This document shows, piece by piece, positions 1 to 13,132 of a DNA stretch of 64,000 bases. Source of the DNA: Scenedesmus sp. PABB004 (Eukaryota); the NCBI GenBank assembly GCA_014905635.1, contig JABVCE010000014.1:186001-250000 (forward strand), given 5' to 3'. The translations under genes were made by a program, and so were the position numbers. The stretch's first letter is position 1; each line of letters starts with the position of its first letter. Below the pieces are notes generated by a model. That model was not told where the DNA came from. It did no database searches and was given only the letters and a program-made list of their open reading frames with translations.

Positions 1-111
1 GAGCGGGCGGGGCGGGGCGAGCGGGCGTGCGGGCCGGGCAGGGCAGGCAGGCGGCGGGGGCGTGCGCGCGGCGGGGGCGCAGCGCGGCGGGGGCGCTGCG
101 CGTGCGCGCAC

Positions 112-722
112 CCCGGTGTCGATGGCCTCGGGGTAGTTTGCGTAGCGCGGCGTGACGACCATGACGCGGTGCCCGCGCGCCGCGAGCGCCTGCGGCAGGC
201 TGCCCAGCACGTCGCCGAGGCCGCCCGTCTTGCTCCAGGGCGCGACCTGCGCGGCGGGTGGCGGCGCGCCGCCCCGCGTCGGGGCTGCGCCGCTGCTGCA
301 GCGCCCGGGCGCCGCCGCCGCCGCGCGCGCCGCATGCGCCCCGCTGCGCGCCTCCGGCGCACCTCGCTGGTCACGAACACCAGGTTGCGCGCCGTGGCGG
401 CCTGCGAGACCGTGCGCGCGGGGGCCTTGGTCGCTGCGGGCGCCTTGGCGGGCTCCTCCTCCGCCACCTCCGGCTCGTCGACGCTGTCGCTGGCCTTGGT
501 GGGCACCACGACCGTGAGCTCGCCCGTCGCGGGGGGCGCCGTGCTGGGCGGCTTGGTGGCCGGCGCCGCGGGCGCCGCGACCGCCTGCGCCGTGCTCGTC
601 TCCTGCGCCGCGGCGCGCAGCAGCCAGGGCCGCGCGCCCAGCGACGCTACAATGCACGGACGAACCGTCACGCGCCGGCCGTGGCCGGCCACGCGCGCCG
701 GGCGCGCCAGCGCTCCTCGCAT
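112..722 (-). CDS. Starch synthase (GT5 family), 5' exons only; gene continues off the left edge
   Basis: Exon 722-363 (ATG, transit-peptide-like N-terminus, ends RNLVFVTSE) splices via GT-AG to exon 246-112 [35 protein letters not shown], containing the KTGGL ADP-glucose-binding motif. Isoform class not assignable. Confidence 0.93.
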
Positions 723-877
723 CGCGAGCTCCGGCCGGTGCCTGCCGACAGTTGGGGCCCGTGCGGTCCACCGGCGGCGGTGATCTCGCCTGACGGACGC
801 TCCGGCCGCGGGCGTGGACGCGCAGCGGGTGCGGGCGGGCAGGGGAGAGGCGCTGCCTGGGTGCCGGGGCGCGTGCA

Positions 878-1176
878 GCGGCGGGGGCGCGCGCGCGGGC
901 GTGCGGGGGCTGGCGGCGGGACACGCGCGGCGTTGGCTCTCTCGACAGCGCCGGGCGCGGCGCGCGGCGGGTCGCGGGAGAGGGAGCTGGAGGGTTTGGC
1001 CGCTCGCCCGCGCGCCTGCCGCACGCCGGCCGCGCGCCGGCGCCGCCCCGGGGCAGCCCACGGCCGCCCTGCAACGCCCCCGGCCGCCGCACAGGCCCGC
1101 CCGCGCCTTCCCGCACTTGAACGCCCGCCCGCTGTCTGTCGGCGCCGCGCCGCGCGGGGAGGCCCCCGCCGCGCTC
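878..1176. repeat. Direct repeat A, copy 1 (~300 bp, upstream of the 1288 gene)
   Basis: Near-identical to 3003-3296; shared strings include ctctcgacagcgccgggcgcggcgcgcggcgggtcgcgggagagggagctggagggtttggccgctcgcc and gcacttgaacgcccgcccgctgtctgtcggcgccgc. Confidence 0.95.
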
Positions 1177-1287
1177 TTCACGGGTCCAGGGCGGTCCAGC
1201 ACCGCGCGTGGTCGCTAGTCAGGCCGCGGCGGGAGCTGCGTCGAGCGGCGGCAGCGGCGGCGACGGCGGCGCCGTCCTCGCGCCGCG

Positions 1288-2965
1288 ATGTCCGACCCGC
1301 AGCCGCCCCAGCAGCGGGAGCTGCCGGCGCTGCCGCAGTGGAACAGCCGGCTGCGCTTCTCGGCGCAGAAGCCCTGCGGCGACGCGGCGCCGCCCGCGAG
1401 CGCGCGCAAGACGCCGGGCCTGGGCGGCCCGCGCCGCGTGCCCGTGCCGACCGGCAAGACGCCCGCCGCGGCCAAGGTGGGCAGGCGGGGTGGCGCCTCG
1501 CCGCCGGCGCCCGGCGCCTGGCTGGGCGCCGCGACCCGAGCGCCGCCGCCGCCGCAGGCGCCCGACGCGGCGGGGGCGCCCGCGGCGGCGCCCGAGGCCG
1601 ACAAGACGCCGACGGCGTGCCTGTTCGCCAAGTTTGAGAGCCTCAGCCTCTTCACGCCCGCGACGCACCGCGCGGCGCCTGACGGCGGCGGCAGCGCCGC
1701 CCCGAGCGACCCCGCGGCGGCGGCGCGCGGCCGCAGCGTCGCGTTCGCCTCGCCCGCAGTCCTCACCTACACGCCCGCCGGCGCCGAGGGGGCGGGCGGC
1801 GCGCCGGCGGGCGGCGAGGGCACGCCGCTGTGGTCCAACGCGGGTGCGGCGGCGCGAAGACGTCGCGCGGGCCGGGCCGGCGCGTGCGGCGCCGCAAGTG
1901 GGCGCCGCCGAGCGCACGCACGCGCGCACCGCCGCGCAGGTCACACCCCGTACAGCCTCGAGGGCGGCGCGCAGGGCGGCGGCTGCGTGCGCGAGGCGGG
2001 CGCGGACGGCGCCGACGCGCCGGGCGTGCGGATTGAGCTCTTCACGAGCACGATCGGCGACGCGCCAGAGGGCCAGCCGGCGGCCGCCGCGACGCCGCCG
2101 CCGCGCCTCGGCGCGCCGCAGTCGCCCCCGGTGGCGGCCGCTGGCGACGCTGGCGACAGCCCGCCCGTGGCCGACGGCGACGGCGGCGCGGGGGAGCCGG
2201 AGGAGCAGCGCGGCGGCGGCGCGCCGGCCACGCCCGCCGCGGCCGGCGGCGGCTTTGGCGGCTTTGGCGCCGCGGCCGCGGGCGGGGGCACGCCGACGCT
2301 GCTCCCCGCGCAGCGCGCCGGCTGCGGCAGCCCGCCCGTCGCTGGCGGCGCGGCGCCCGGCCCGTTTGGTGCGCTGGCGGCGCCGACGCCCAAGTCGGCG
2401 CTGCGCCAGCCGGCGCGCGTGCCGGTGGGCCCCAAGTGAGCGGCGGCGACGCCGGCCGGCCGGCTGGACGCGCACGCGCCCGCGGCGCGCAGCGCCGCCA
2501 GCTCTCACACGCGCCGCTGCCACCCTCCGCGCGCGCCCAGGCCGCCGCTGGAGCTGCGGTCGCTGCTTGAAGACGCGGCCGCCGTGGCGGGCAGCGCGCC
2601 CGCGGCGGCCCTGGGCAGCTGCGACGTGCTCAGTCCTGTGCGGCCGCGGCGGCAGCTCGCGCACGCCCTGGGCGCCGGCGACTCGGTGCGCGGGGCCGGC
2701 CGGCGGGCGAAGGGGGGAGGGGGAGCTGGTCGCTTTGCTGCCGCCCCCGCGCCTGACCGCCCGCCGCCGCGCGCAGGTGCTCACGCCCGTGCGGCGCTCC
2801 GTGCGCAAGGCCGCCGCCGCCGCGCCCGGCGGGGGCCGCCCGGCGAGCGCCAAGCTCGGCGCCGGCGGCGGCGGCACCGTGCTGCCGATGCTGGAGGCGA
2901 CCAACTTTTGCTACCAGCCCAACGCCGCGCTGCAGACGCAGCTCGAGGAGGCGGCGCAGCGCTGA
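1288..2965 (+). CDS. Low-complexity Pro/Ala/Gly protein with C-terminal TPVRRS..R / YQPNAAL motifs (CKAP2 C-terminus-like)
   Basis: Exons 1288-1843, 1940-2435, 2541-2685, 2777-2965 join in frame through GT-AG introns; ends VLTPVRRSVRK...VLPMLEATNFCYQPNAALQTQLEEAAQR*. Family assignment is by recalled motif resemblance only. Confidence 0.7.
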
Positions 2966-3002
2966 CGCGGGCCGCCGGCGACCGCTCGGGGCGCGGCCCG
3001 CC

Positions 3003-3296
3003 GCGGCGGGGGCGCGCGCGCGGGCGTGTGGGGGCTGGCGGCGGGACACGCGGCGCCGGCTCTCTCGACAGCGCCGGGCGCGGCGCGCGGCGGGTCGCGG
3101 GAGAGGGAGCTGGAGGGTTTGGCCGCTCGCCCGCGCGCCTGCCGCACGGGGGCCGCGCGCCGGTGCCGTCCCGGGGCAGCCGCGCGCCCTGCAACGCCCC
3201 CGGCCGCCGCACAGGCCCGCCCGCGCCTTCCTGCACTTGAACGCCCGCCCGCTGTCTGTCGGCGCCGCGCCGCGCGGGGAGGCGCCGGCGGCGCTC
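3003..3296. repeat. Direct repeat A, copy 2 (upstream of SufB)
   Basis: Matches 878-1176 with a few substitutions and small indels. Confidence 0.95.
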
Positions 3297-3543
3297 GGCG
3301 CGCGGGTCCCGGGCGGCCGGCCCGCCGCCGCCGGGCGCCACGCGGCGCGCGTGCGGGGCAGCGCCCGCGCCACTCGGCGGCTCAGGCGCACGCGGGAGCT
3401 TGACGGGCTCTCCGGGGCTCTGTGGAACCGCGGCCCGCCCGCTCCTGCAGCAGCAGGCGCGCCCCGGTCCCGGCGAGGCGTCAATTGTTTCGTTCGGCCG
3501 CGACGTGGATCAAGCGCTCGTTCGGCGCCGCCAGCCCGGCGCG

Positions 3544-6500
3544 ATGCAGTCGACGCTGTGCGGGCGCTCGCTCGGCGCCCCCGGCGCGCCGCTGCGCCCC
3601 CGTGCCGCCCGTCAGGCGGCGCCCCGGGCGAGCGATGGCCGCCGGCTGCGCCTGGGCGTGCGTGCGGCGGCCAGCACGGAGCCGCCCGCGCTGGAGGAGC
3701 AGCCTGTCGTCGATGCTGTCGGTGGGTTGCCGCGCCCGGGCGCGTGGGGGGGCGCCCGCCGCGCCCCCGGCCCCGGCGCCGTGCCGGCCGGGGCGGGGCG
3801 GCGGCGGCGGCAGCATGCGGCCGCGCCGGCGGCGCCGGTGGCGCCAGCGGCTGGCCGCGAGCAGCGGCGACCGCGGCGCGCGGCGTGCGGCGAGGCCGCC
3901 CGCCGCCCAGCGGCGCCGCCCCCTCCCCCTGCAGCGCCCCAGCGGCAGCGGCAGGGCCCGCCGCGCCGCCGCCGACGCGCCCGCCGCGTGCCTCCGCCGC
4001 GCGGTTGCGCAGAGGCGCAGAAGGCTGAGATCAGCGCGATGCTCAACCGGCCGTACAAGTACGGCTTCAAGACCTTCATCGAGAGCGAGACCTTCCCCAA
4101 GGGCCTGAGCGAGGACGTGGTCGCCGCGATCAGCGCGAAGAAGGAGGAGCCCGCCTGGCTGCTCGAGTTCCGCCTCCGCGCGTACCGCAAGTGGCTCACC
4201 ATGGCCGAGCCCGCCTGGAGCGACAACGTGCACCCCGCGATCGACTTCCAGGACCTCTCCTACTACTCGGCGCCCAAGATCAAGGAGAAGAAGGCGCGCG
4301 CCGGCGGCGCCCCGCGCCCAGCAGCGCCGGCGGCGGCGCGGCGCGGGCGCCGGCCGCGGCGCAGCCGCCGGCCGCGGCGCCGGCCGCGGCCGCGGCAGCC
4401 AGCAGCGGCGGCGCCGCGCGCCGCGCGCCCCGGCCGCGCCGCGCCGCCGACGCGCACGCCCACCCGCGGTCCGCGCCACGACGCGCGCACGGCGCCGCGC
4501 GCAGGCGTCGCTGGACGAGGTCGACCCCGAGCTGCTCGCGACGTTTGACAAGCTCGGCATCCCCATCAACGAGCAGAAGCGCCTCGCCAACGTCGCGGTC
4601 GACGCGGTCTTCGACTCGGTCTCCATCGCGACGACGTTCAAGGCCGAGCTCGCAAAGGCGGGCGTCATCTTCTGCTCCATTAGCGAGGCGGTCAAGGAGT
4701 ACCCAGACCTCGTGCGCAAGCACATGGGCAGCGTGGTGCGCGCGCCGCCGCGCCGGAGGGGCGGCGCTGCGGCGGCGGCGCCGCGGGGCGCGGGGGCAGC
4801 AGCGCGGCGTGCTGGGGCAGCGGCGCCGCGCGCCGGCCGCCGGGCCCTGCGCGCGCCGCGCCGCACGCGCTCACGCCGCGCCGCGCCGCACTCAACTCGG
4901 CAGGTGCCTGTCGGCGACAACTACTACGCCGCGCTCAACTCGGCGGTCTTCAGCGACGGCTCGTTCGTGTACGTGCCCAAGGGCGTGCGCAGCCCCATGG
5001 AGCTGAGCACATACTTCCGCATCAACGCCAGCGAGACAGGCCAGGCGCGCGGCGCGGCGCGGCGCGGCGCGCGGCGCGGCGCGGCGCAGCGCGGGGCGCG
5101 GCGTGGGCGCGCGGCTGGGATGCGCGCGGCGCGGCGCGGCGGCGGCGGGGCCCTGCGTGGCTCGCGCCGGGCGGGGAGCGCGCGCTGCGGGCCCAGCACC
5201 CGCCATGCGCGCCGCCGCCGCGGCGCCGCCAAACCGCAGTTTGAGCGCACGCTGATCATCGCTGAGGATGACGCGTACGTGAGCTACCTGGAGGGCTGCA
5301 CCGCGCCCGCGTACGACTCCAACCAGCTGCACGCGGCGGTCGTGGAGCTGAGCGCGGGCGCGCGCGCGGAGATCAAGTACAGCACCGTGCAGAACTGGTA
5401 CGCCGGCGACGCGGAGGGCCGCGGCGGGATCTACAACTTTGTCACCAAGCGCGGCCTCTGCGCCGGCGAGCGCTCCAAGATCTCGTGGACGCAGGCGCGC
5501 GGCGCGCGCGCGCGCCCTCGGCGGGGGCGCCGGCGGCGGCGGCCGCGGCGGCGGCCGCGGGCGGCGGCCGGGCGGGGCGGCGCGACGGTCAGCGGGGCGC
5601 TGCCGCGGCCGCGCGCGCGCCCCCGCTCGCCCCCTCTGCCGCTCCCTCACTCTCCCTCTCACCCCCCCCCCCCCCCCCACTACCACCACCACCACCACCA
5701 CCACCCACACGCCCACACACACACACCCACACGCCCACCCACCCACCCACCCACACGCCCGCCCACCCACACGCCCACCCTCACACCAGGTTGAGACGGG
5801 CAGCGCCATCACGTGGAAGTACCCGAGCGTCGTGCTCAAGGGCGACCACAGCGTCGGTGAGTTCTACTCCGTCGCGCTCACCAACCACAAGCAGCAGGCC
5901 GACACGGGGACCAAGATGGTCCACGTCGGCAAGGGCACGCGCAGCCGCATCGTGTCCAAGGGCATCTCCGCGGGCGGGTCGGTCAACGCGTACCGCGGCC
6001 TCGTCAGCATCGCGCCCACCGCGACCGGTGCGGCTGCTTGCGCGCGCGGGCCTGCGCTGCGCTGCGCGGCGGGCCCCGGCAGCCCGGCACGCCCCGTGCC
6101 CGCGCGCGCCCACGCACGCCCCGCGGCGGCCCCGCGCAGGCGCGCGCAACTACAGCCAGTGCGACTCGATGCTCATCGGCGACCAGGCGGGCGCCAACAC
6201 GTACCCCTACATCCAGGTGACCTGCGCCCCCACCACCCCGCCCGGCGCCGCGCCGGGGAGGCTGGCCGGCTGGCTGCGAGGCTCGGCCCCGCGCGCGCGC
6301 GCCGCCGCCCACGCCGCGCGCCGCCGCGCGCCGCGCCCCGCCCGCCCGCGGCCAGGTGCGCGAGCCGAGCGCGGTCGTGGAGCACGAGGCGAGCACGAGC
6401 AAGATCGGGGAGGACCAGCTCTTCTACTTCCAGCAGCGCGGCGTCGCGCCCGAGGCGGCGGTCGGCATGATCATCAGCGGCTTCTGCCGCGAGGTCTTCA

Positions 6501-6574
6501 ACGAGCTGCCGCTCGAGTTTGCGGCCGAGGTGAACGAGCTGATGAACCTCAAGCTCGAGGGCTCCGTCGGCTGA
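3544..6574 (+). CDS. sufB: Plastid Fe-S cluster assembly protein SufB, 8 exons
   Basis: Transit peptide MQSTLCGRS..., then [121 protein letters not shown]. 7 introns, 3 with GC donors (4294, 5045, 5495). Confidence 0.97.
5640..5785. repeat. C-run/(CAC)n/(CA)n/(CCCA)n simple repeats in a SufB intron
   Basis: Directly visible low-complexity tract before the acceptor at 5789. Confidence 0.9.
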
Positions 6575-7024
6575 GCGCACACGGGCCGCGCGCGGCGGCG
6601 GCGGCGGGGCGGCGAGGACGCGAACTCAACCACAGGCGGCGTGTTGCAGGCGGCGCGCAGGACTGGTGCTGTGACGCGGAGCGGCGAGAGAGCGGCGCGC
6701 CTGGCGCGCAGGTTGTGCACCAGGAGGCGGTAACGCGCGGTGCCCTGCCTGCCTGCCGGCGGCGGCGCGGCGCGGCGGACGGGCGTGGCGCAGCGCGGCG
6801 GCGGCTCTGCGCTGCGCCGGCATGACGCCCCCCGCAGCGGCGCGTGCGCAAGCTCGCGCGGCGCGCCCGTCGCACCCAGAGCTGCTCGCCGCGCCCGTCG
6901 CGCTCGTTCGACGCCCCTCTCCCCGCGCCTGCCAGCGCCCCCCGGCAGCAGCGCGCCCCGTCTCGGCCCGCGCGCGGTGGCGCCATGCGCTGCGGGCGCT
7001 AGGCGCTCTCGCAACCCACCCACC

Positions 7025-10000
7025 ATGCCGCTCGCGGGCGGCCTGGTCACGCGGCGGCCGCTGTGCTTCAGCAGCGACGGCCGGCTGCTGCTCGCGCCCT
7101 GCGGCGCCGACATCCGCGTCTACAGCGCGCGCTCGGGCGACCAGCTCGCCACGCTGCGTGGGCACGCCGCGGAGGTCACGGCGGTGGTGCAGGAGCCCGG
7201 CGGCGCCCGGACGGTGCGCGGCAGCGGCGGCCGGCGGCGGCTGGCGGCGCGCCGGCGTGCCGGCGCGCCGGCGCGCCCGTCGCGGCCCGCCCCCGGCGCC
7301 CAGAGCTCAGCACTGCACAGCCGGCGGCGCGGACGCGGGCAGGGCGGCAGCGCCGAGCGCCGCGCGCCGCGCGCCGAGCGCCGCGCGCCGGCCGCCGCGC
7401 CGCGCCGCGCAGTTCCTGAGCGCCAGCCTGGATGGCACGCTGCGGCAGTGGGACGTCGAGGAGGGCACCAACACCGCGACCTGGACCGTGGGCGAGCCGA
7501 TCGAGTCCATGGTGCGCAGCGCCGAAGCCGCGCGGCGCAACGCGGCAGCGCCGGGCCGGCGCCGACGCCCGCGCGGCGGCGCCCCTGACCTCCGCAGGTG
7601 TACAGCAAGCCGGCGGGGCTGGCCTACGTGTCGGTGCACTACAAGCGCGGCCAGTCGGGCAGGGTGAGCGCGCCGCTGCCCACTGGATCGCCGCTGGCGC
7701 GCCTCCGGCGCACGGCACGCTCCCGGCAGTGCGCGCACGCCGCCGACACGCCGCGCGGCCCCGCGCGCGCAGGTCGTGCCGTTTGCGCTGCCGTCGGGCG
7801 AGGAGGCGCCCGGCCGCGTCAAGACGAGCCGCGCGGGGCGGCTCGTGCTGAGCCCGTCGGGCGCGCACGTCGGCGCGATCGACCGGAACAGCCTCTTTGT
7901 CTGGCCGGCCGCGCCGCCGCCGGGCGGCGCGGCGCGGCGCGCCAAGCCCCTCAACCTCGCGCACACCAAGCCCTACACCGTGCGCGCCACGCCGCGCCGC
8001 GCCAGCGCCAGCGCGCGGGCCGCGCGGCGCGACGCCGCCGCCGCCGACGCGCGGCCGCCGCGCCCGCCGCGCCCGCCACAGTGCGCCGCGTTTGACGCCC
8101 ACGACGGCGCCGTCGCCGCGGGGGACGCCACGGGGCGCATCCTCATTTGGCACAACCTGCCCGCCGCGCTCGCGGCGGCGGCGGCCGCGGCCGCGGCGGG
8201 CGACGCCGACGGCGGCGCCCCGCGGCTGCCGCCGGCGACGACGGTGCACTGGCACGCGCACGCGGTCGGCGCGCTCGCGTTCACGCTCGACGGCTCGCAC
8301 CTGCTGTCCGGCGGCCAGGAGGGCGTGCTGGTGCGGCGGCCGGCGCCGCACCAGCACCGGCGGGCGCGCGCCGCAGCGCGCGCCGGCCGCGCCGCAGCGC
8401 AGCGCTGACCGCCGTGCGCGCGCCGCCGCCAGGTGCAATGGTCGCTGCCTGCCGCCAAGCGCACCTACCTGCCGCGCCTGGGCGGCCCGCTCTGCGGTAT
8501 TACGCCCAGCGCCGCCGACCCGCGCGGTGCGCTGCGCGTGCGCCGCCTGCGCGCCCGCCTGCGCGCCCCGCCCGACGGCGGGCCTGCGCACCCCCTCCCC
8601 TCCTCTCCCGCCGCCAGCCGCACGCCCGGCCCACACCGCGCCGCCGCCGCCGCGCAGCTTCTGCGTGGCGCAGAGCGACAACACGCTGCGCGTCGTCAAC
8701 ACCGCAGCGATGGCGGTCGAGCTCTCCATTCATGGCCTGCGCCCGCCGCCGCCGGCCGCGCCGCTCGCGGCCGCGGGCTACGGCGCCGCGTGCGCGGCGG
8801 CGGCGAGCAGCCCCGGCGGCGTCGTGCTCGCGCCGCGCAGCGGGCAGCTCGTGCTCCCCGCCGACCACGCGATGCTGCAGTGGTTTGACCCGGCGCGCGG
8901 CCGCCACGTCGCGCGGCTGCAGGTGCGGCCGCGCGCTGCGCGCCCCGCGCCCGCGCCCCGCGCGCCGGCCCGCGGCCACAGGCGCCCACGACCGACTGAC
9001 CGACCGACCGACCGACCGACCGACCGACCGCCAGGTGTGCCCGCGCAACCCGGTGTCCCAGACCGAGGCCAGCACCAACTACGCCCTCGCCGCCGCCGCG
9101 GGCGTGGCGGGGCCGCCGCCGCTCGCGCCGTCGGTCGTGCTGCTCGCCTTCACCTTTGACGGCGACTGCCTCGTCACGGTGGACGTGCGCCCAGCAACGG
9201 GTGCGCCGCGCGCGGGCGGCGCAGCGGGCGCTCGCGTCGCGCGGCCCGCCGCCGCGCGCATTGTGCCGACGCCCGACGCGCGCCGCTGCCGCCGCCACCG
9301 CGCCCGCAGGCGCGTACGGCGGCGCGGCGGAGAGCACGCTGCGCTTCTGGGACGCCACCGGCGCGGGCGCGGCGCCGGCGGGCGGCGCGCCGTACGTGCT
9401 CAACACGAGCGCCGACGCGCCGCACCGGGGCGCGATCACCGGCCTCGCCGCGCACCCGCGGTCGCGCGCCGTCGTCACGACCGGCAGCGAGGGCGAGTAT
9501 CGGTCCTGGGCGCACGCGCCCGCGCGGCGCGGCGCCGGCGGCGGCGGCGGCGCGCAGCGCGGGCACTGGCGCTGCGCGGCGGTCGGCGGCTACCGCGGCC
9601 AGCCGCTCGGCGGCGCGGCGTTCAGCGCCGACGGCTCGCTGCTCGCCGTCGCGGCGGGCGGCACCGCGACGCTGTGGGACCCCGAGCAGCACGCGCTCGT
9701 GGCGGCGCTGCCGGCGCCGGCCGGCGCGGGCGGCGCGGGCGCGGCGCTGGTGAAGCTGGTGTTCATGCGGCGCACGCCCCACCTGGTGGGCCTGCTCAGC
9801 GGCGGCGACCCCGCGCCCGCGCTCGCGGCGGTGGGCCTCGGCGGCGGCGGCGGCGGCGGCGCGGCCGCGGGCGCCGCGAGCAGCCGCGGCGCGCGCGCGC
9901 GCCAGGCCGCGCTCGCGGGCGCGGTGTCGGGCGCGTGGGGCAGCGGCGTGGTGGTGTGGGACCTGCTCGCGTGCGCGCCGACGTGGTTCTGCTCCCTCCC

Positions 10001-10754
10001 GGTGTGCAGCCTGGCGGCCGACCCGGCGCGGCCGCTCTTTGCCGTCGGCGTGCCGGCGCTCCCCGTCGGCGGCGGCGAGCCCGACGGCGACCAGCAGCAG
10101 GCGGGCGAGGAGCAGCAGCAGGCGCAGCAGGAGGGCGCGGGGGAGCAGCAGCAGCAGCAGGGCGGGCGGGCGCAGGGCGGCAGGCAGCGGGGTGGCGCGG
10201 TCGTGCAGCAGAGGGAGGGCCTGGTGCTGGTCTTTGGCGCGGCCGACCCGCAGCCGCTGGCGGCGTGCCCCGTGCCGGGCGGCAGCCCGGCCAGCCTCAT
10301 CTTCACGCCCGGCGGCGCGCCGCCTGGCGCGGGCGGCGCCGCGGGCGCGGGCGGTGTTGCGCTGTCGCCGCTGCTGCTGCTGACCGACGACCGGCGCTAC
10401 ACGCACGTCGCGCTCGGAGGCGGCGGCGACGGCGACGCCAACGGCGCCGGCGCGGCCGGCGAGGGCGGCGCGCCCGCGGACGGCGCGCCCGCCGGCACGC
10501 GCGCCGCGATGGAGGCGGAGCTGGCGGCCGGCGCGGACGAGTCGGCGCTGGAGGCTATGTTTGGCCGCGCCGCGGCGCCGCCGGCCGGCGCCGCGGCCGC
10601 CGCGCCGGGCGGCGGCGCGGCGGCGGCGGCGGACGCGGCGGCGGTCAAGGCGGCGGTCGCGGCGCTCTTCGACGCGCCCTCGCACGCGCTGCCCGCGCCG
10701 ACCGCGCTGTGCCCGACGCTGCTGGAGCTGCTCATCGGCGCGGGGCGGCGCTAG
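7025..10754 (+). CDS. WDR75: WD40-repeat SSU processome protein WDR75/UTP17 (Nan1), multi-exon
   Basis: N-terminus MPLAGGLVTRRPLCFSSDGRLLLAPCGADIRVYS..LRGH, internal TTVHWHAHAVGALAFTLDGSHLLSGGQEGVLV-QW and YLPRLGGP, C-terminal FDAPSHALPAPTALCPTLLELL; TGTAA at 10795. Confidence 0.88.
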
Positions 10755-10813
10755 CGCGCGGCGTCGGCGAGCGGGGTGGCCGCCGCTCCTAGCCTGTAAC
10801 GGAGCGGCCGTGA

Positions 10814-11135
<322 letters not shown>

Positions 11136-11144
11136 GGGCCGCCG

Positions 11145-13132
11145 TCACCCCCAAAAGTCAAACTCGTCATCAGCGACGGACGCCCTGGCCGCGCCCGCGC
11201 GCGGCTGCGCAGACCCCTGACCGCCGCCGGGCTCGTCTGAGTCGCTGCCGCTGGCAAAGTCCGTCACCCCGCTGGCCAGCACCTTGCTGGCCAGCCGCGC
11301 AGCGTCGGCGGGGGCGCCGCTCGCCTGCGGTCGCTGCGCGTCCGCGGCACGTCCGCGGTGCTGCAGCGGTGGCTCATCGCCCGACGCCGCGCCCAGCTGC
11401 TGGCCGGCCGTGCGCAGCCGGTCCAGCCCCGGCAGCCGGGGCGCGTGTGCAGTGAGCGGGCCAGTGCCGCCGCCCGCGCCGCTGCCGTCGCCTGTGCCGC
11501 CGCCACCACTGGCGCGCCTGCTGCCGGGCAGCACGCCGCCGGCCGGCACGCACAGCGGCGCCGGCCCCAGCGACCAGCGACCCCCCGCCTCTGCCTCGCT
11601 CTCAGACGACAGCGAGGGCCGGCCGCTGGACGCGGCGTCGCCCGCCGCGCCCAGGCTGAGCCGGGTCGCGGGCGACAGGAGCGCGCGGGCCAGCCCGACT
11701 GGCGTGTGGTGGCCGGCTCCGCTGCCGCTGTTGCCCCCGGCCGCCAGGCTGCCCACCGCCGCCAGGCTGCTGATGCCCAGCTCGCGGCCAGAGGTGCCGC
11801 CCAGCAGCACGAGCGAGCCGGCCTGCTGCGCCGGTGACTGCGCCGCACCGCCGGCCTGGCTGCCGCCCCACGACGGCGCCAGGGGCGCCGCCGCTGCCGC
11901 CGCCGCCGGTCCAGCTCTCGCGGCCCCGGGGCCGTTGGCTGCATCGCTGCCCCTGGCCGAAGCCGGCGGGCTGCTCGCAACGCCCGCGCCACCCCCCGCG
12001 CCGCCGCCCGCGGGGCCTCCGTCGTCCAGTGGGAGGCCGCTGGCCTGCGGCACCGGTGCCGCCGGCACCGGCTCTGCTTCCGTCGCCGCCGTCGCCGGGG
12101 CAGGCTGCTCGTCGTCGCCGCCGCCAGTGCTGTCGTCGTCCCGCACATCGCCGTCCGAGCTCAGCTCTGAGGGCGACAGCACCACCGGCAGCACCGCGAG
12201 CGAGCTCTCCTCCGCAGCCGGCGTCGCCAGCTGCACCAGCGGCGGCGGCGGCTCCTGCTCTTCCTGCAGCGGCGGCACCTCCTCCTCCTGCGGCGGCGGC
12301 TCGTGCTGCTCCTGCGGCAGCTCTTGCGCTGGTTCTTGCGGCCGCCGGTCTGGCAGCTGCGGCGGTGGGGCTGCCAGGTGCTGCGCCGATGGCGGCCCCT
12401 GCTGGTGCACAGGCGGCTGCTGCGCCGCCGGCGGCTCCTGCTGGAGCGCAGGCGGCTGCTGCGCCGCTTGCGGCTCCTGCTGGCACACGGGCGGCGGGGC
12501 AGCTGCGGGAGGCGGCTGCTGCGCCGCTCGCGGCGGCGCTGGCGGCTCCCGGTCGCCCGGCTGAGGTTGCTGGTGCTGGCCCAGGAGCTGCTGCAGCAGC
12601 GCGAGCTGCTCCGCCAGGCTGCCGGCCAGCGCCTCCAGCTCGGCCGTGCTGCTGGCCGCGCGCTCGCCCCGCTCCCCGACCAACACCCAGCGCCGGCGGG
12701 GCGCGCCCGGGCTGGCCGCGCCGCGCCGGCGGCGCTCCTGCTGCGCGCGCAGCGCGCCCGCCGCGCGCGCGCGCCATGCCGGCAGGCTACGATCCACGAA
12801 TGTGACGTACGCCGCGGTGAGCGCGCACAGCTCGGCGTCCGCGCCTCCGGGGACGGCCGCGCAGCGCGCGCGCACCGCCTCCACGTCGGCCAGCAGCGCC
12901 GCGTTGCGCGCCCGCGCCGCCGCCGCCTCCGCTACCAGCTTGGCCTGCGCGGGGCAAGCACGCCGTGTGGGCGGCCGCGCCGCGCGCACGCCAGCCAGCG
13001 CTGCGCCGCGGCCGCGGACCGCACCTGGCGGCGCGCCGCGCCTGGCGCGCCAGTGCCGGCGCGCGGCATCATCAGCTCGCGCTCGGCGTCCAGCGCGGCC
13101 CGCGCCGCGCGCAGGCGCTCCAGCTGCAGCAT
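11145..13132 (-). CDS. Hypothetical protein: N-terminal coiled coil plus long disordered Pro/Gln/Ser-rich tail
   Basis: ATG 13132 MLQLERLRAARAALDAERE..., GT-AG intron ~13023-12945, then a long exon AKLVAEAAAARARNAALLADVE...ADDEFDFWG* with protein-like composition. Confidence 0.65.

Noticed and set aside
3544..6574. SufB, MnmE and PPCDC as bacterial contamination or recent horizontal transfer
   Set aside because: All have spliceosomal introns and host-like composition; SufB and MnmE have transit-peptide-like leaders.
8990..9030. (CGAC)n, (CAG)n and (GCGCG)n arrays as CRISPR-like or satellite features
   Set aside because: Simple intronic or polyQ microsatellites with no spacers.
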